A stretch of 64,000 bases of DNA from Candidatus Woesearchaeota archaeon (GCA_016933095.1 JAFGBP010000042.1:19691-83690); one strand, 5' to 3'; positions 1-10,190 are shown, counted from the stretch's first letter. A program made the numbers and translations. Notes: generated by a model not told the origin, from the letters alone.

Positions 1-94
1 TTCTGGAACCAGGTCCTCAAGATACTCTTCCTGGCACTCGTCGTCATAATCATAATCGCGCTCGTAGCAACCCTCTTCAGGAAGAAGAAGGAAG

Positions 95-877
95 GTGACA
101 AGCCAGAAGTGGAGACGTACTACTAAGAGGAGAAAGAAGATGAACAATGAATACAACCGAGAGTTCTCGCTTTCCACAATTGTAGAAGAGAACCTTAGAC
201 TGAGAAATCTCCCTTGTTACCCAGAGCTATCAGTGAATTTGCAGGAGCAGATATATAAAGACATATTCCATGGACTCGCATCAGCTTTCGGAATGATCTT
301 GGCACAACCTCGCTACAGCGTCACAGAAGAGCCTGGAGATAACACCGTAGAACTCCACAAAGAGACAACATACGATCTCCACCCAGCACTAAGATTTACC
401 GTCAAAAGCACCCATAAGATATCGCACGAGAGGAGTTCTGGCATATCGCTTGAAAGAGCTACGGCGTCCGAGATAATAAGATATAATAAAAGATATCTTA
501 AACATGCATTTTCCAAATATAAGAAAGATAACTATTCCGAGCTTCCACAAGCGCTTCAACTCAAAGACATCGCTATAGGAGTAAGAAGCAGGGCAGAGAG
601 GGTCGATGAGTTCCAAGCTTTATATGGAGCCATCACGCATCTCATGAATACAGCAGTGAACAGAGCATTCAACGAATTGTATGAAAGAATAATAATCTTC
701 GAGAGTGCGCTCCAGATATCTGACGAATACCGATTAAAAGGCTTTGGCCCTGATGATAAACATCTTGTCGAATGCATAGGCCGAGATGATAAACATCTTG
801 TAGAATGCATAGGCCGAGATGAGAAGAAGTTGGATGCATACGCACACAAATACGGAGATGCATTAAAGAAATCATAA
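95..877 (+). CDS. hypothetical protein with internal 11-aa tandem repeat (DDKHLVECIGR x2)
   Basis: ORF track; no recognisable domain; 33-bp perfect tandem duplication near 3' end; real start may be the downstream Met (MNNEYN). Confidence 0.4.
   Translation: MTSQKWRRTTKRRKKMNNEYNREFSLSTIVEENLRLRNLPCYPELSVNLQEQIYKDIFHGLASAFGMILAQPRYSVTEEPGDNTVELHKETTYDLHPALRFTVKSTHKISHERSSGISLERATASEIIRYNKRYLKHAFSKYKKDNYSELPQALQLKDIAIGVRSRAERVDEFQALYGAITHLMNTAVNRAFNELYERIIIFESALQISDEYRLKGFGPDDKHLVECIGRDDKHLVECIGRDEKKLDAYAHKYGDALKKS
752..822. repeat. 33-bp tandem direct repeat (2 copies + partial) inside CDS 95..877
   Basis: gatgataaacatcttgtcgaatgcataggccga repeated with 1 mismatch, read directly. Confidence 0.8.
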
Positions 878-920
878 AAAAAGCATGCTAACAAGAAAAA
901 AATTGGGGGAATAGAACAAA

Positions 921-3296
921 ATGAAAAACAACGCGTGGAAAATCCTTATATTGCCAATGATATTGGTACTGACACTGAGCCTCGCAGAGGCTGCACTTTA
1001 CGTAAACGTCGTGACCGACGAGTTCTCGATAGAGAGCCCATACCCGGTCCAGAGCGTCAAGACCTGCCAATGCGGTCTCAGGACTGAAGTGGTCGAGATA
1101 ACCAACCTCGGAGACTTCACGACACTGTTCGACGTGGAACTGTTCTCCCCAATGTCACAGTACATAACGCTCAGCCGAGGCTCATTCTCCCTCAAGCCAG
1201 GCGAAGCGACCAAGATCCACGTGTACATCGACGCGCCATGCGACCTCCCAATCAGCTCATTCTACGTAGTCCAGGTAAGCACCAACTACGGCCGAAGCAA
1301 AGAACTCTACAAGGAGTTCACGAGCCAGAAGTGCCAGAACATCAAGTTCGAGAGCAGCATGCTCAACGATACAATATACCCTGGCGAAGAGGCACAGCTC
1401 GAGATAGAGCTGCAGAACGTCGCAGAATTCACAGACACGTTCAAGATAGTCCCTACAAACAACCTTCCATACGCATGGATAAGCAGGGACTCAGTCACGC
1501 TAGAGCCTGACGAGAAGACCGCGGTAGTCATCCACACAACCCTTCCTCTAGGATCATACGGGGAAGTCGAGCAAGCGTTCAGCATAGAGAGCGAGAAAGG
1601 CAAGAACTCAGCCTTCGGATCAGAGAAGTACGAGATAGTCAAGGACTATGACTTCGCGATCCAGACAGAAGACTTCAAGGTCGATGCCTGCGAAGACGTG
1701 CTGAACAAGCAAGTAATAATGTTCAAGAACCTTGCAAGGACTCCTAACGAGTACTACTTGAGCCTCAAGGCGCCTTACTTCGTCAACCTCAGCCAATACT
1801 CGCTGACCCTTGACGGAGAAGAGGAAGACGCGATTGTCATGAACGTGGCCCCCAGCCAAGCAGACATCGGCAAGTACACAGTAATCCTGGAGGCAAGGAC
1901 CAAGTTCGGCGACGTGGTCAAGACAAAGACCTTTGACCTGAACGTCAAGGACTGCTTCGAGTCGAGCGCAGACATCTCTGAGAGCGGACACGTCAAGGAC
2001 CAGTCATGCACTGGAGAGAAGGAGTACGAGCTCAGGATTGTCAACAAGGGACTCTACGAGGAAGCATACCAGATAGAGGTCGACAGCGAAGGCTGGCTCT
2101 CAGTCTCAGAGGACAACGAGTTCGTGAGGCTCAGGCCTGCGCAGGAAGTCATCGTGCCTATCAAGGCAGTACTGCCTCCTGTCGATGAGACCAAGACCTC
2201 ATTCGTCCTGGTGAAGCAGCTCAGAGCGCCGTACCAGACCCACGAGATAAGGCTGGACATCGAGTCGCTGAGCGAGAGGACCTGCTACAACGTAGACCTA
2301 ATCCAGCAGACCTACGAGATCAACTACGAGACCCCAGTCATCCCGCTGCTCTTGAAGCACACAGGCCTGAAAGGAGGAGAATACTCGCTTGAGCTAGGAG
2401 AGCTTGATTCCAAGTTCGTCAGCCTAGAAGAGGACACAGTCACTTTCGAGCCAGGAGAGTTCAAGGTAATCCACATAACTCCTACGAACCAGTCAGCCTA
2501 CAAGACAGGGACATACCTCAACAAGCTGAGCCTGACAATAAAGCCGACCGACAAGACGATCGACTACGACAGGCAGTTCTGGATAGTCCTCAAAGACAAG
2601 AGCTTCCTCTCAAAGGCATGGTCGTACATAAAGAACTTCAACTACACGAGGATCGGAGTGTGCGGAGCAATCGGCGTGATACTCTTCGTGATCGCACTCA
2701 CCCTTGCAGTCCTGGCAGCTGGCATGAAATCCAACAAGGACCTCAAGATCAAGAGGATAAAGGCGTCAAGGATCAAGAACCTGAAAGTGCTGAACATCAT
2801 CATGACGGCACTGATACTCGCAGGCCTGGTATTCCTGATATTCATGGGAACCCCAGACGAGACAAGGTTCTACGATCAGGGAAGCAACCAGACAGGGCCA
2901 TTGTTCCACGAGTGGAAGCAGAACACCGCCTACAAGCTCAACCTAGACTACTACTTCACAGACCCTGACATGGACGTCCTCGTCTACACTGCAAGCCAGC
3001 CAGACCACATCCAGATAAGGATTGAAGGAAGCATAGCGACGCTCACGCCAGAGCACGGCTGGAGTGGCGAAGAGAACGTAGTCTTCACGGCAAGCGACGA
3101 GAAAGGAGGCATCACAGACAGCGACGTGATGACACTCTCAGTCGTGAAGAAGAACCCAATGGACTTCTTTGACTACTGGAGCCTCTACTGCAAACAGGTC
3201 AACATCGTCCTGATGATGGTGATACTCGCGCTCCTCCTCGTCATAACAGACGTGGTAGAAGAGAGAGGCTACAGGCGATACTTGCCGAGAAGGTAA
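921..3296 (+). CDS. large secreted/surface protein, N-terminal signal peptide and C-terminal TM helices
   Basis: N-term MKNNAWKILILPMILVLTLSLAEA (signal-like); hydrophobic segments near C-term (IGVCGAIGVILFVIALTLAVLAA, IIMTALILAGLVFLIF); many NxS/T sequons. Confidence 0.6.
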   Translation: MKNNAWKILILPMILVLTLSLAEAALYVNVVTDEFSIESPYPVQSVKTCQCGLRTEVVEITNLGDFTTLFDVELFSPMSQYITLSRGSFSLKPGEATKIHVYIDAPCDLPISSFYVVQVSTNYGRSKELYKEFTSQKCQNIKFESSMLNDTIYPGEEAQLEIELQNVAEFTDTFKIVPTNNLPYAWISRDSVTLEPDEKTAVVIHTTLPLGSYGEVEQAFSIESEKGKNSAFGSEKYEIVKDYDFAIQTEDFKVDACEDVLNKQVIMFKNLARTPNEYYLSLKAPYFVNLSQYSLTLDGEEEDAIVMNVAPSQADIGKYTVILEARTKFGDVVKTKTFDLNVKDCFESSADISESGHVKDQSCTGEKEYELRIVNKGLYEEAYQIEVDSEGWLSVSEDNEFVRLRPAQEVIVPIKAVLPPVDETKTSFVLVKQLRAPYQTHEIRLDIESLSERTCYNVDLIQQTYEINYETPVIPLLLKHTGLKGGEYSLELGELDSKFVSLEEDTVTFEPGEFKVIHITPTNQSAYKTGTYLNKLSLTIKPTDKTIDYDRQFWIVLKDKSFLSKAWSYIKNFNYTRIGVCGAIGVILFVIALTLAVLAAGMKSNKDLKIKRIKASRIKNLKVLNIIMTALILAGLVFLIFMGTPDETRFYDQGSNQTGPLFHEWKQNTAYKLNLDYYFTDPDMDVLVYTASQPDHIQIRIEGSIATLTPEHGWSGEENVVFTASDEKGGITDSDVMTLSVVKKNPMDFFDYWSLYCKQVNIVLMMVILALLLVITDVVEERGYRRYLPRR

Positions 3297-3425
3297 GCGC
3301 GAAGCTGATCTAAACTCTTTATCATAGTCTTTCTTTATCTTTCTCAACACCCACACAGATAACGTCTCTGGGATAGAATCAGCTAAGAGAGATCAGAATT
3401 AAGAGTGAAAGAAACCTAGAAGAAT

Positions 3426-4658
3426 TTATTTATTGGCAGAAACCTTTTTGGCACTTTTGGTAGGGAACTGTTGCGCCGCTTCCTGCAAGGCTTCAGTCTT
3501 GATGCATTCCTGAAGAGTATACCACTTATCACGGTCACTTTCCTGGCTCGAATCTGCGAGTACACGGTAACGCCAAGCTTCCTTAGGAGACATGCCAAAC
3601 GGCAGTTGTTCCTCAAAAGGCTTCCATTCATTCGACGTGGTCATGTACCAGTCATCGCGCTCAGCAGGAGTTCCGACACCTGCCCTGATCCTTATGCCCC
3701 AAGCAGTATCTGCAGTGATCCACTCAGGCAATGGTTCCTTGCCAGGTCTCCAAGTCTTAGCGTCGAACACCACGGCAGATGCAGGAGTAGTCTCATAAGC
3801 AGGCTTAGGAGCCGATCCAGCAGACGCTAGCTCAGCCACAGCTTCCGGCGGAGCCACGACCTTGCCATCCACGACTGTCAAAGGCGTGTAAGGCTGGGTG
3901 TCATCAGAAGAATAAATACGAGTAAGCCATTCGCTTGGCATCTCGAAGACTTCGTCTTTCTGCGCTCCGATCATGTAATCATTGTCAACAATCTGGTCAA
4001 CGACAGGAACGGAATCCTGACCCTCGGCGTTGCCTTCAAGGACGAGCTTAGGGTGTCCCAGGAGAGACTTGTCTGGCTTTGGTTCGGGAGGAAGATATCC
4101 TTTCCTTTCAGCCACTTCCTGCCAGCCTTCCCTAGAAAGTACTTGATTGGGAGTGTTTCCCTCATATGCTGTACTAAGGCGATCCTTTGAATAAGCAAGC
4201 TTCTTTGCCAGAGCATCCCATGTAACCGGGTACATCTTAAGACTGGCTCTCAGATTCTCTGGAACGCCAGCCAGGGCCTTGTATGCACGATTAGTAGCGT
4301 CTAGCGCTAGCCTCACTCTCTCCTCAACCTGATTTATCTCAGAGAGCATGACTTCCACAGCACACATCTCTTCAGAGGATAGGGCTCTTTCTTCCAGATT
4401 CATCGCCTGGACTTTCTCAGACTTAGCATCTACATTGGAATTGAAATCGCCGACTGCTTTTGCAAAAGAATCCTGTTCCAGATAGGTCAAGATCTGGCTT
4501 AGAGCCACTCCTTTTGCCCCTCGAACCTTTGCAGATGGATTGACTGCGGAATAGCACCTTTCCTTTAGAATATCGTATGCTGCATAGACTGATGCCGCAA
4601 GCGGCGTTGGCGTCGCATTCTCTTGTGAGGTTTTATCGTCATTCATGTTCAATATCAC
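3426..4658 (-). CDS. hypothetical protein
   Basis: 410-aa ORF, GGTGAT RBS-like motif before ATG, TATA-like tttataaa ~55 nt upstream; no domain recognised. Confidence 0.5.
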   Translation of the reverse strand: MILNMNDDKTSQENATPTPLAASVYAAYDILKERCYSAVNPSAKVRGAKGVALSQILTYLEQDSFAKAVGDFNSNVDAKSEKVQAMNLEERALSSEEMCAVEVMLSEINQVEERVRLALDATNRAYKALAGVPENLRASLKMYPVTWDALAKKLAYSKDRLSTAYEGNTPNQVLSREGWQEVAERKGYLPPEPKPDKSLLGHPKLVLEGNAEGQDSVPVVDQIVDNDYMIGAQKDEVFEMPSEWLTRIYSSDDTQPYTPLTVVDGKVVAPPEAVAELASAGSAPKPAYETTPASAVVFDAKTWRPGKEPLPEWITADTAWGIRIRAGVGTPAERDDWYMTTSNEWKPFEEQLPFGMSPKEAWRYRVLADSSQESDRDKWYTLQECIKTEALQEAAQQFPTKSAKKVSANK

Positions 4659-4785
4659 CTTTTTTTATCTTATGTGAATGTCTTTCTTTATAAAGCTTTC
4701 GGTTTTGTAGCCACTTGTTAGTGACTACAAATAGAAATCGAATGGCATAACATCATCTCGAAGCAGCTATAGGCGGCCTAAAACC

Positions 4786-5052
4786 TTAAAGATAAAGCTC
4801 CATGAAGACCTTCTTGGCCATCATCTCCTTGTTAGTCTCAGTCTTGATCTTCCTGGCAAGCCTGGAATGCAGGAAGACGTCAGAAACCCAGGAATGGAAG
4901 TCATTCTTCCCGGCATTCACGTGATGGGCGAACGCGTCAGGGTTCATGTTCCTGAGGGCGTCAGGAAGCTCCCTCAAATGCCTAATCACGCTGCCGTCAC
5001 AAACGTAAAAATACTTCTCCGCCGGAACGTTTAATATCTCCATTGCATACAT
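4786..5052 (-). CDS. small hypothetical protein (start moved to MYAMEIL Met)
   Basis: ORF track; TATA-like tatttaaata 15-24 nt upstream of this Met suggests leaderless start; longer upstream extension would overlap the promoter. Confidence 0.4.
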   Translation of the reverse strand: MYAMEILNVPAEKYFYVCDGSVIRHLRELPDALRNMNPDAFAHHVNAGKNDFHSWVSDVFLHSRLARKIKTETNKEMMAKKVFMELYL

Positions 5053-5066
5053 AACCCTAAGAAAGG

Positions 5067-5076
5067 TATTTAAATA
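5067..5076 (-). promoter_or_regulatory. TATA-box-like element upstream of CDS 4786..5052
   Basis: tatttaaata positioned ~20 nt upstream of ATG on minus strand. Confidence 0.35.
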
Positions 5077-5153
5077 CTTTACGTGAAAACAGGCCCTGAA
5101 ACGGCACAAATTAAGAAAAAATTAATAAAAACACGAAGTTAACCACAAGCAAA

Positions 5154-6446
5154 ATGAAATTCACATCAATCCAGGAAGCCATGAACAAGGGTTCAGGCAA
5201 GGTAAGCATGCGCGGATGGGTGCACCGAGAAAGAGGGTCAAACAAGCTCAAGTTCATCGTGCTGAGAGACAGCTCGAACATCATCCAGTGTGTGGTCAAG
5301 AAAGACAAGTTCTCCGAGGAGAAGTACGCAGAGGCAGACAAGCTCCAGGTGGAGGCAAGCCTCGAGATACACGGCACTATCAAGGAAGATAAGCGAGCCC
5401 CGACCGGATACGAGGTCGAGGTTGACGATTTCCAGATTGTAGGAGCATGCGACAGCTTCCCCATAAAAGCCGACCAGAACAGGGAGTTCATGGACGACAA
5501 CAGACACCTGACCCTCAGGACGAGGAGGATGACCGCCATAATGAAGATCAGGAGCACCTACGTGCAAGCAAGGGATGAGTTCTACAGGAAGAAAGGATTC
5601 TTCAGGTTCGACGCACCCATCCTGCAACCAAGCCAGTCAGAAGGCGGAAGCACGCTCTTCGAAGTCAAGTATTATGACAAGAAGACCTACCTGTCACAGT
5701 CATGGCAGCTGTACGCAGAGTCCGCCATATTCGCACTCGAGAAGATATATGACATGGGACCCACGTTCAGGGCTGAGAAGAGCAAGACCTCAAGGCACCT
5801 CTCAGAATTCTGGATGGCAGAGATGGAAGCCGCGTGGTGGGACCTCCACCAAGTCAGCGAGTTTGCAAAGGAAGAAATAAGATACTGCATCAAGAAAGTA
5901 GTCGAGGAACGCTCTGACGACCTGAAGACTCTGGAACAAGACCCTGAGAAACTAAGAAAGGTCGTCGAGAAGGATTGGCCGACCATCAAGTACAGGGACG
6001 CATTGCAGATGCTCAAGGAAAAGGACAAGATGGAAGTAGAGTTCGGCAAAGACCTCCGAACCATAGAGGAAGAGAAGCTAGCAAAGCACTATGACACCCC
6101 TGTCGTCGTCACGCACTATCCTGTCGTCGCAATGGCATTCTACAAGCCACGAGACCAAGACTTCCCGGAAGAGGCGCTCTGCTTTGACATGCTATCCCCC
6201 ACAGGGGTAGAAATAGTCGGAGGAAGCCAGAGAAGCCTTGACATCGAGGACATGAAAGAAAGGCTCGTCGAGGCAGGAGAAGATCCATCCTCATTAGAAT
6301 GGTACTTCGACCTCCGACGGTACGGCTCCGTGCCGCACTCAGGATACGGCGTCGGAATCGAGAGAGTGCTCACATGGATCTGCGGCCTGGACTCAGTGAA
6401 AGACGCAATACCATTCCCGAGGACGCCGTTGAGATACAAGCCCTGA
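5154..6446 (+). CDS. asnS: asparaginyl-tRNA synthetase (class IIb)
   Basis: Near-colinear similarity to archaeal AsnRS: FRAEKSKTSRHLSEFWMAEMEAAW, C-term DLRRYGSVPHSGYGVGIERV...FPRTP; 430 aa. Confidence 0.88.
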   Translation: MKFTSIQEAMNKGSGKVSMRGWVHRERGSNKLKFIVLRDSSNIIQCVVKKDKFSEEKYAEADKLQVEASLEIHGTIKEDKRAPTGYEVEVDDFQIVGACDSFPIKADQNREFMDDNRHLTLRTRRMTAIMKIRSTYVQARDEFYRKKGFFRFDAPILQPSQSEGGSTLFEVKYYDKKTYLSQSWQLYAESAIFALEKIYDMGPTFRAEKSKTSRHLSEFWMAEMEAAWWDLHQVSEFAKEEIRYCIKKVVEERSDDLKTLEQDPEKLRKVVEKDWPTIKYRDALQMLKEKDKMEVEFGKDLRTIEEEKLAKHYDTPVVVTHYPVVAMAFYKPRDQDFPEEALCFDMLSPTGVEIVGGSQRSLDIEDMKERLVEAGEDPSSLEWYFDLRRYGSVPHSGYGVGIERVLTWICGLDSVKDAIPFPRTPLRYKP

Positions 6447-6490
6447 TGACGGTTGTTGGGCGGCGACAATAAAAACAGAAACTCCGAGAA

Positions 6491-8095
6491 CTAGTGCAGC
6501 GCCATCTTCTTCATGTTATCCTTATGCTTCTTCTTCTCTTTCTGCCTTGGCGTCAGCCTCTTCTTGCCGCTCTTCTTCACCTTCCCCGCCACTGGTTTAT
6601 GCGCAGGCTGTTTGATGTGACTCACGTAGGCAGCTGCAGCTCCCGAGTCAGCAATGGACAGCTGGTGCATGGCCGGCGAAGCGCTCTTTGCCATGGGCGC
6701 TGGCTTTGACACCGTTGGCTTGTGGTCCTTCGGCGGAGAGCCTTCTGCAATCTTGTCCAGGTGCTCTTGCACGAATCCGAGGTCTGACAACGCTTCCTCG
6801 CAGAACTGCAATGCTCCCTCGTGGAAGTTCTTCACAGGGTCAGAGTCGTTCTTTGCCAAGACGTCGATTATCTTGTCGTTTCCATAGGGATCACGGTCGA
6901 GCTTGAGCAGGCCTGTAAGATCATTGAGATCGAACACCTCAGATTCCTTCTTCGTCGAAACCAATAGGGTGTCCTGAATCTTCTTGAGCAGTCTCACAGC
7001 AGCCGCCTTCCTCCTAGCAGGAGTCTCGTCTTTCAACTCTGTAAACTCGTTGTAATGCTCGGCGTCAACCCTTATCTTCTTCCTCATCGACTCTGTGCCG
7101 CCGCGGCGCACGCTATACACGCGCCCGATGACTGCATTGATGGCCTTGGCCTTATCCTCGATACTCGCCACAAACTTCTTAACGTCATCCTCTGTATCGA
7201 GGACTGCAACTTTGGGCTTGGAAGCGGGCTTCGGCTTAGGTGCCGGAGCAGCTTTCTCCTTTATTATCACAATCTCCTTCTTCTCAACAGGAACCTTTGA
7301 CTCAGTCTCGCTGGTCTCGTGCTCCCTCTCCCTGGTCGTCGTCTCCTCTACCTCTTTTGAACGCGCGTGCTCATGACGCACAAAGGCGTGCTGCAGCACG
7401 AGGATGGCCTCGAAGAGAAGCCCAATCACTATGTTGATGGTGCTAAGAGTCAGGTAGTCGAGAGGGCCAAGAAGCTTGGCCAGCCCCAATACAAGGAAGA
7501 GCCCTGTGAATATGAACGGAAATACCATCAAAAAGCCAGACTCCATGTGATACTTATCGACTAGTACGTAAGTGACGACTATAGTAAGCAGTGCTGGAGA
7601 GAATCCGAGGAACGTGTAGAAAGGCCCGGAGTCAGTTATCAAGCTCAGCACTATCACGCCAATGAACCACAATATCAGAGCGATCACGCAAGTGACCTTC
7701 AACACCTTATCAACGATGATCTCGACCTCATCCTCCTGATGAGTCTCAGTCTCCACTGTCTTCTCGACAGTCTTCTCGTGAGTGGCAGTATGCGATGAGT
7801 GGAGCGGCTGGTGATAAGCCTGCCGTAAAGCATGCATATGAGCCTGCGAACGCATGGACGGATGGGAATGGATCGAACCTGGATGGTGATGCAAGACCTG
7901 ATGAGAAGCATGAGCGGGATGATGGTTGTGAACCGGATGATGATGCGGATGAGATGGAACAGGATTTGCAGGTACGTGGTGGAATGTATGCGGCGTCGGC
8001 AAGATCCTGGCCTCGTCAGCCTTCTTTTTATCCCTTGCAGGGACTTTAGGTATGACTACATCCTCCAAACTGCTGATTCCACCTCTTTTCAACAT
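6491..8095 (-). CDS. membrane protein with histidine-rich N-terminal region and lysine-rich C-terminus
   Basis: N-term HHPVHNHHPAHASHQVLHHHPGSIHSHP low-complexity His tract; central hydrophobic helices; C-term KKSGKKRLTPRQKEKKKHK. Confidence 0.5.
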   Translation of the reverse strand: MLKRGGISSLEDVVIPKVPARDKKKADEARILPTPHTFHHVPANPVPSHPHHHPVHNHHPAHASHQVLHHHPGSIHSHPSMRSQAHMHALRQAYHQPLHSSHTATHEKTVEKTVETETHQEDEVEIIVDKVLKVTCVIALILWFIGVIVLSLITDSGPFYTFLGFSPALLTIVVTYVLVDKYHMESGFLMVFPFIFTGLFLVLGLAKLLGPLDYLTLSTINIVIGLLFEAILVLQHAFVRHEHARSKEVEETTTREREHETSETESKVPVEKKEIVIIKEKAAPAPKPKPASKPKVAVLDTEDDVKKFVASIEDKAKAINAVIGRVYSVRRGGTESMRKKIRVDAEHYNEFTELKDETPARRKAAAVRLLKKIQDTLLVSTKKESEVFDLNDLTGLLKLDRDPYGNDKIIDVLAKNDSDPVKNFHEGALQFCEEALSDLGFVQEHLDKIAEGSPPKDHKPTVSKPAPMAKSASPAMHQLSIADSGAAAAYVSHIKQPAHKPVAGKVKKSGKKRLTPRQKEKKKHKDNMKKMALH

Positions 8096-8133
8096 TTCTA
8101 GGCTTATTGTTATTTAAGCTTTTCGCCGGAAGC

Positions 8134-8256
8134 GGCTCTGTTCAAAATCTCTCGTAGCCCGCCGCGACCGCTTATTAATAACATCCTTTAGCCGAGTCTA
8201 GTCTGATCGTATGGTATTTCGTATGCGCAGCAAGGGGCTACTTTTTGAACAGAGCC
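8134..8256. mobile_element. MITE-like element copy 1 (terminal inverted repeats GGCTCTGTTCAAAA / TTTTTGAACAGAGCC, flanked by 9-bp direct repeat GCCGGAAGC)
   Basis: TIRs and putative TSD (8125-8133 and 8257-8265) read directly; homologous copies at 34909 and 60223. Confidence 0.65.
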
Positions 8257-8423
8257 GCCGGAAGCCAACCAAAAGGCCGTGCCCCCTAGCGCAGCTTACG
8301 ACAGCATGTTCAAACAGAGGAAGAATCGGTTCGATACACGATGAACTGGAGCGCGGAGCGGGGCACGGAAAGAATGCTTAAGCAGGAAAAGAGTTTTAAA
8401 CAAGGCCCCATACCTGACGTATC

Positions 8424-8939
8424 ATGAAAGAGACTTACACTCCTAAGATCGAGGTGCGGAAGGGAAGCATCGCAACCATCAGGGTAGACGCTGTAGTCAA
8501 TCCTGCGAACAGCTTCGGCTACATGGGCGGGGGAGTCGCAGGAGTGCTTAAGGAAGTGGGCGGCCAGGAGATAGAAGATGAGGCGGTAGAGCATGCTCCG
8601 ATTCAAGTGGGAGAAGCAGTGGCTACAACCCCAGGCCTGCTTGTCTGCAAGAAGGTCATACACGCTCCGACGATGCATAATCCTGGTGAATTGACAGATA
8701 CCCATAAAGTAGGGTGTGCTGTGGAGGCGGCGCTTGAGCTTGCTGAGAAGGAGAAGTGCAGGAATGTCGCGATCCCCGGCATGGGAACAGGTGTCGGCGG
8801 CCTTGACAAGAAGGAAGCCGCCAAGGCCATGATAGGGAAGATCAAAGGTAAAAGGTTCGAATACGTCCAGACGATCATATTGATAGATGTCGATGATGAT
8901 ATGGTGGAAGCGTTCGAAGAGGCACTAGGTCACGAGTGA
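8424..8939 (+). CDS. macro-domain protein (ADP-ribose binding / O-acetyl-ADP-ribose deacetylase family)
   Basis: IRVDAVVNPANSFGYMGGGVAGVLKEVGG motif typical of macro domain; 171 aa. Confidence 0.7.
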   Translation: MKETYTPKIEVRKGSIATIRVDAVVNPANSFGYMGGGVAGVLKEVGGQEIEDEAVEHAPIQVGEAVATTPGLLVCKKVIHAPTMHNPGELTDTHKVGCAVEAALELAEKEKCRNVAIPGMGTGVGGLDKKEAAKAMIGKIKGKRFEYVQTIILIDVDDDMVEAFEEALGHE

Positions 8940-8951
8940 GAAAACATACAT

Positions 8952-10170
8952 CTAAGAGCTTAAGAGGTGATCAGTCTCTTTCTTCATCCTCGCCTCGTAC
9001 TCGTATTTCTTCTCGCCGTCTTTCTGCTCATCTGATAGCAGCCGAAGGAGCTCTCTTATCAGCTTCTCTTCCTTCTTCTGGTCGCCGGAGTATCTTGAGG
9101 CGTCCTGCTTCGCTGCGTGCTTCTGTATTAGCTCTGCTTCCAGCTCTTCTGCAGTGCCTGAGTGGACTATCATCTCTGTGAATTCCTTTGACGTGAGCTT
9201 TGACGTGCTTCTCATCACGAAGAACGCTCCTTTGTTGTAAAGGCTCTTTACGAATGACTTGAAGTCAATGTCGGAGGGCTTGCCGCTCTTGAGCTCGCCG
9301 TGGACCTTTACGAGCACTATCGCGTTGTTGAACTCCTTGAGCTTTATTGCAGAGTCGAGCTCGTGGTAGACTTCTTCAGGAGTCTTGTTCTGGGCATCTG
9401 CCTCTATTCGGTAGACGCTCTTGACGTTCAGGGGCTGGTATTCAAGCTCTCCGTCTTCATAGATGTAGAACCCGCCCTTTCCCAGGCTCCATGCCTCGCT
9501 GAAATTGGCAGGGAAGATGGGGCCCGGGTAAACGACATTTTTTCGCTCTGCTAAATCCTTTGCTTCTACTATATGAATGTGACCGCCAGCGTAATAGTCG
9601 AATCCTCTCGGAAACTCGCTTGCGCTTATCCCCCGTATCACTTTCATCTCCGTTGGGAGGAGCTCTTCGACTGTCGTGTGGAAGAGGAATATCTTAGGGC
9701 CCAATGCCTGCTCCAAAGGCTCTATGTCCAGGGAATCGTATTCTTCCTGCTCCAGGCTTCCTTTCCTGCCGCCTATGCCTGTAAGCTTGGCCTTGGTCTT
9801 CGGGTCCTCTGTGAAACTGAGTTTTAGCTTGCCTTCGATAACTTCTCCTTTCATGACGTTCTTCAGGAGCTCTGTCTCTTCGAGGACGTCGAGGATGGTC
9901 TTCCCGCTGGCTGAGTAGTCGTGGCTTCCGGGGACGACGTAGACAGGGATGTGGGCTTGCTTCAGTTTCTTCAGCAGGATGACGGTCTCCTGCAGGTGGT
10001 CTATCGCAGGTACTGCGGTGTTGAAGAGATCCCCTGCTATTATGACGAAGTCGAGTTTCTTCTCGAGAATGACGGTGATGGCTCTCCTGAAGGCTTCGAG
10101 TGAGAGGTTCTTCATGAGCGGGTCTCTCCATGCTCCTATGTGGACGTCTGCTAGATGTGCGAATCGCATA
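8952..10170 (-). CDS. mre11: Mre11/SbcD-like calcineurin-type phosphoesterase (DNA repair nuclease)
   Basis: MRFAHLADVHIGAW...IIAGDLFN...VVPGSHDY motifs; start moved to this Met (ORF-track upstream extension is hydrophobic junk and would overlap TATA). Confidence 0.65.
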
Positions 10171-10190
10171 GGAGGAGGGGAAGCCAGAGA

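Noticed and set aside
5154-6446. Considered calling this archaeal AspRS
   Set aside because: FRAEKSKTSRHLSEFWMAEME and C-terminal LRRYGSVPHSGYGVGIERV follow the AsnRS pattern almost residue by residue. A separate bacterial-type AspRS is present at 24658..26073.
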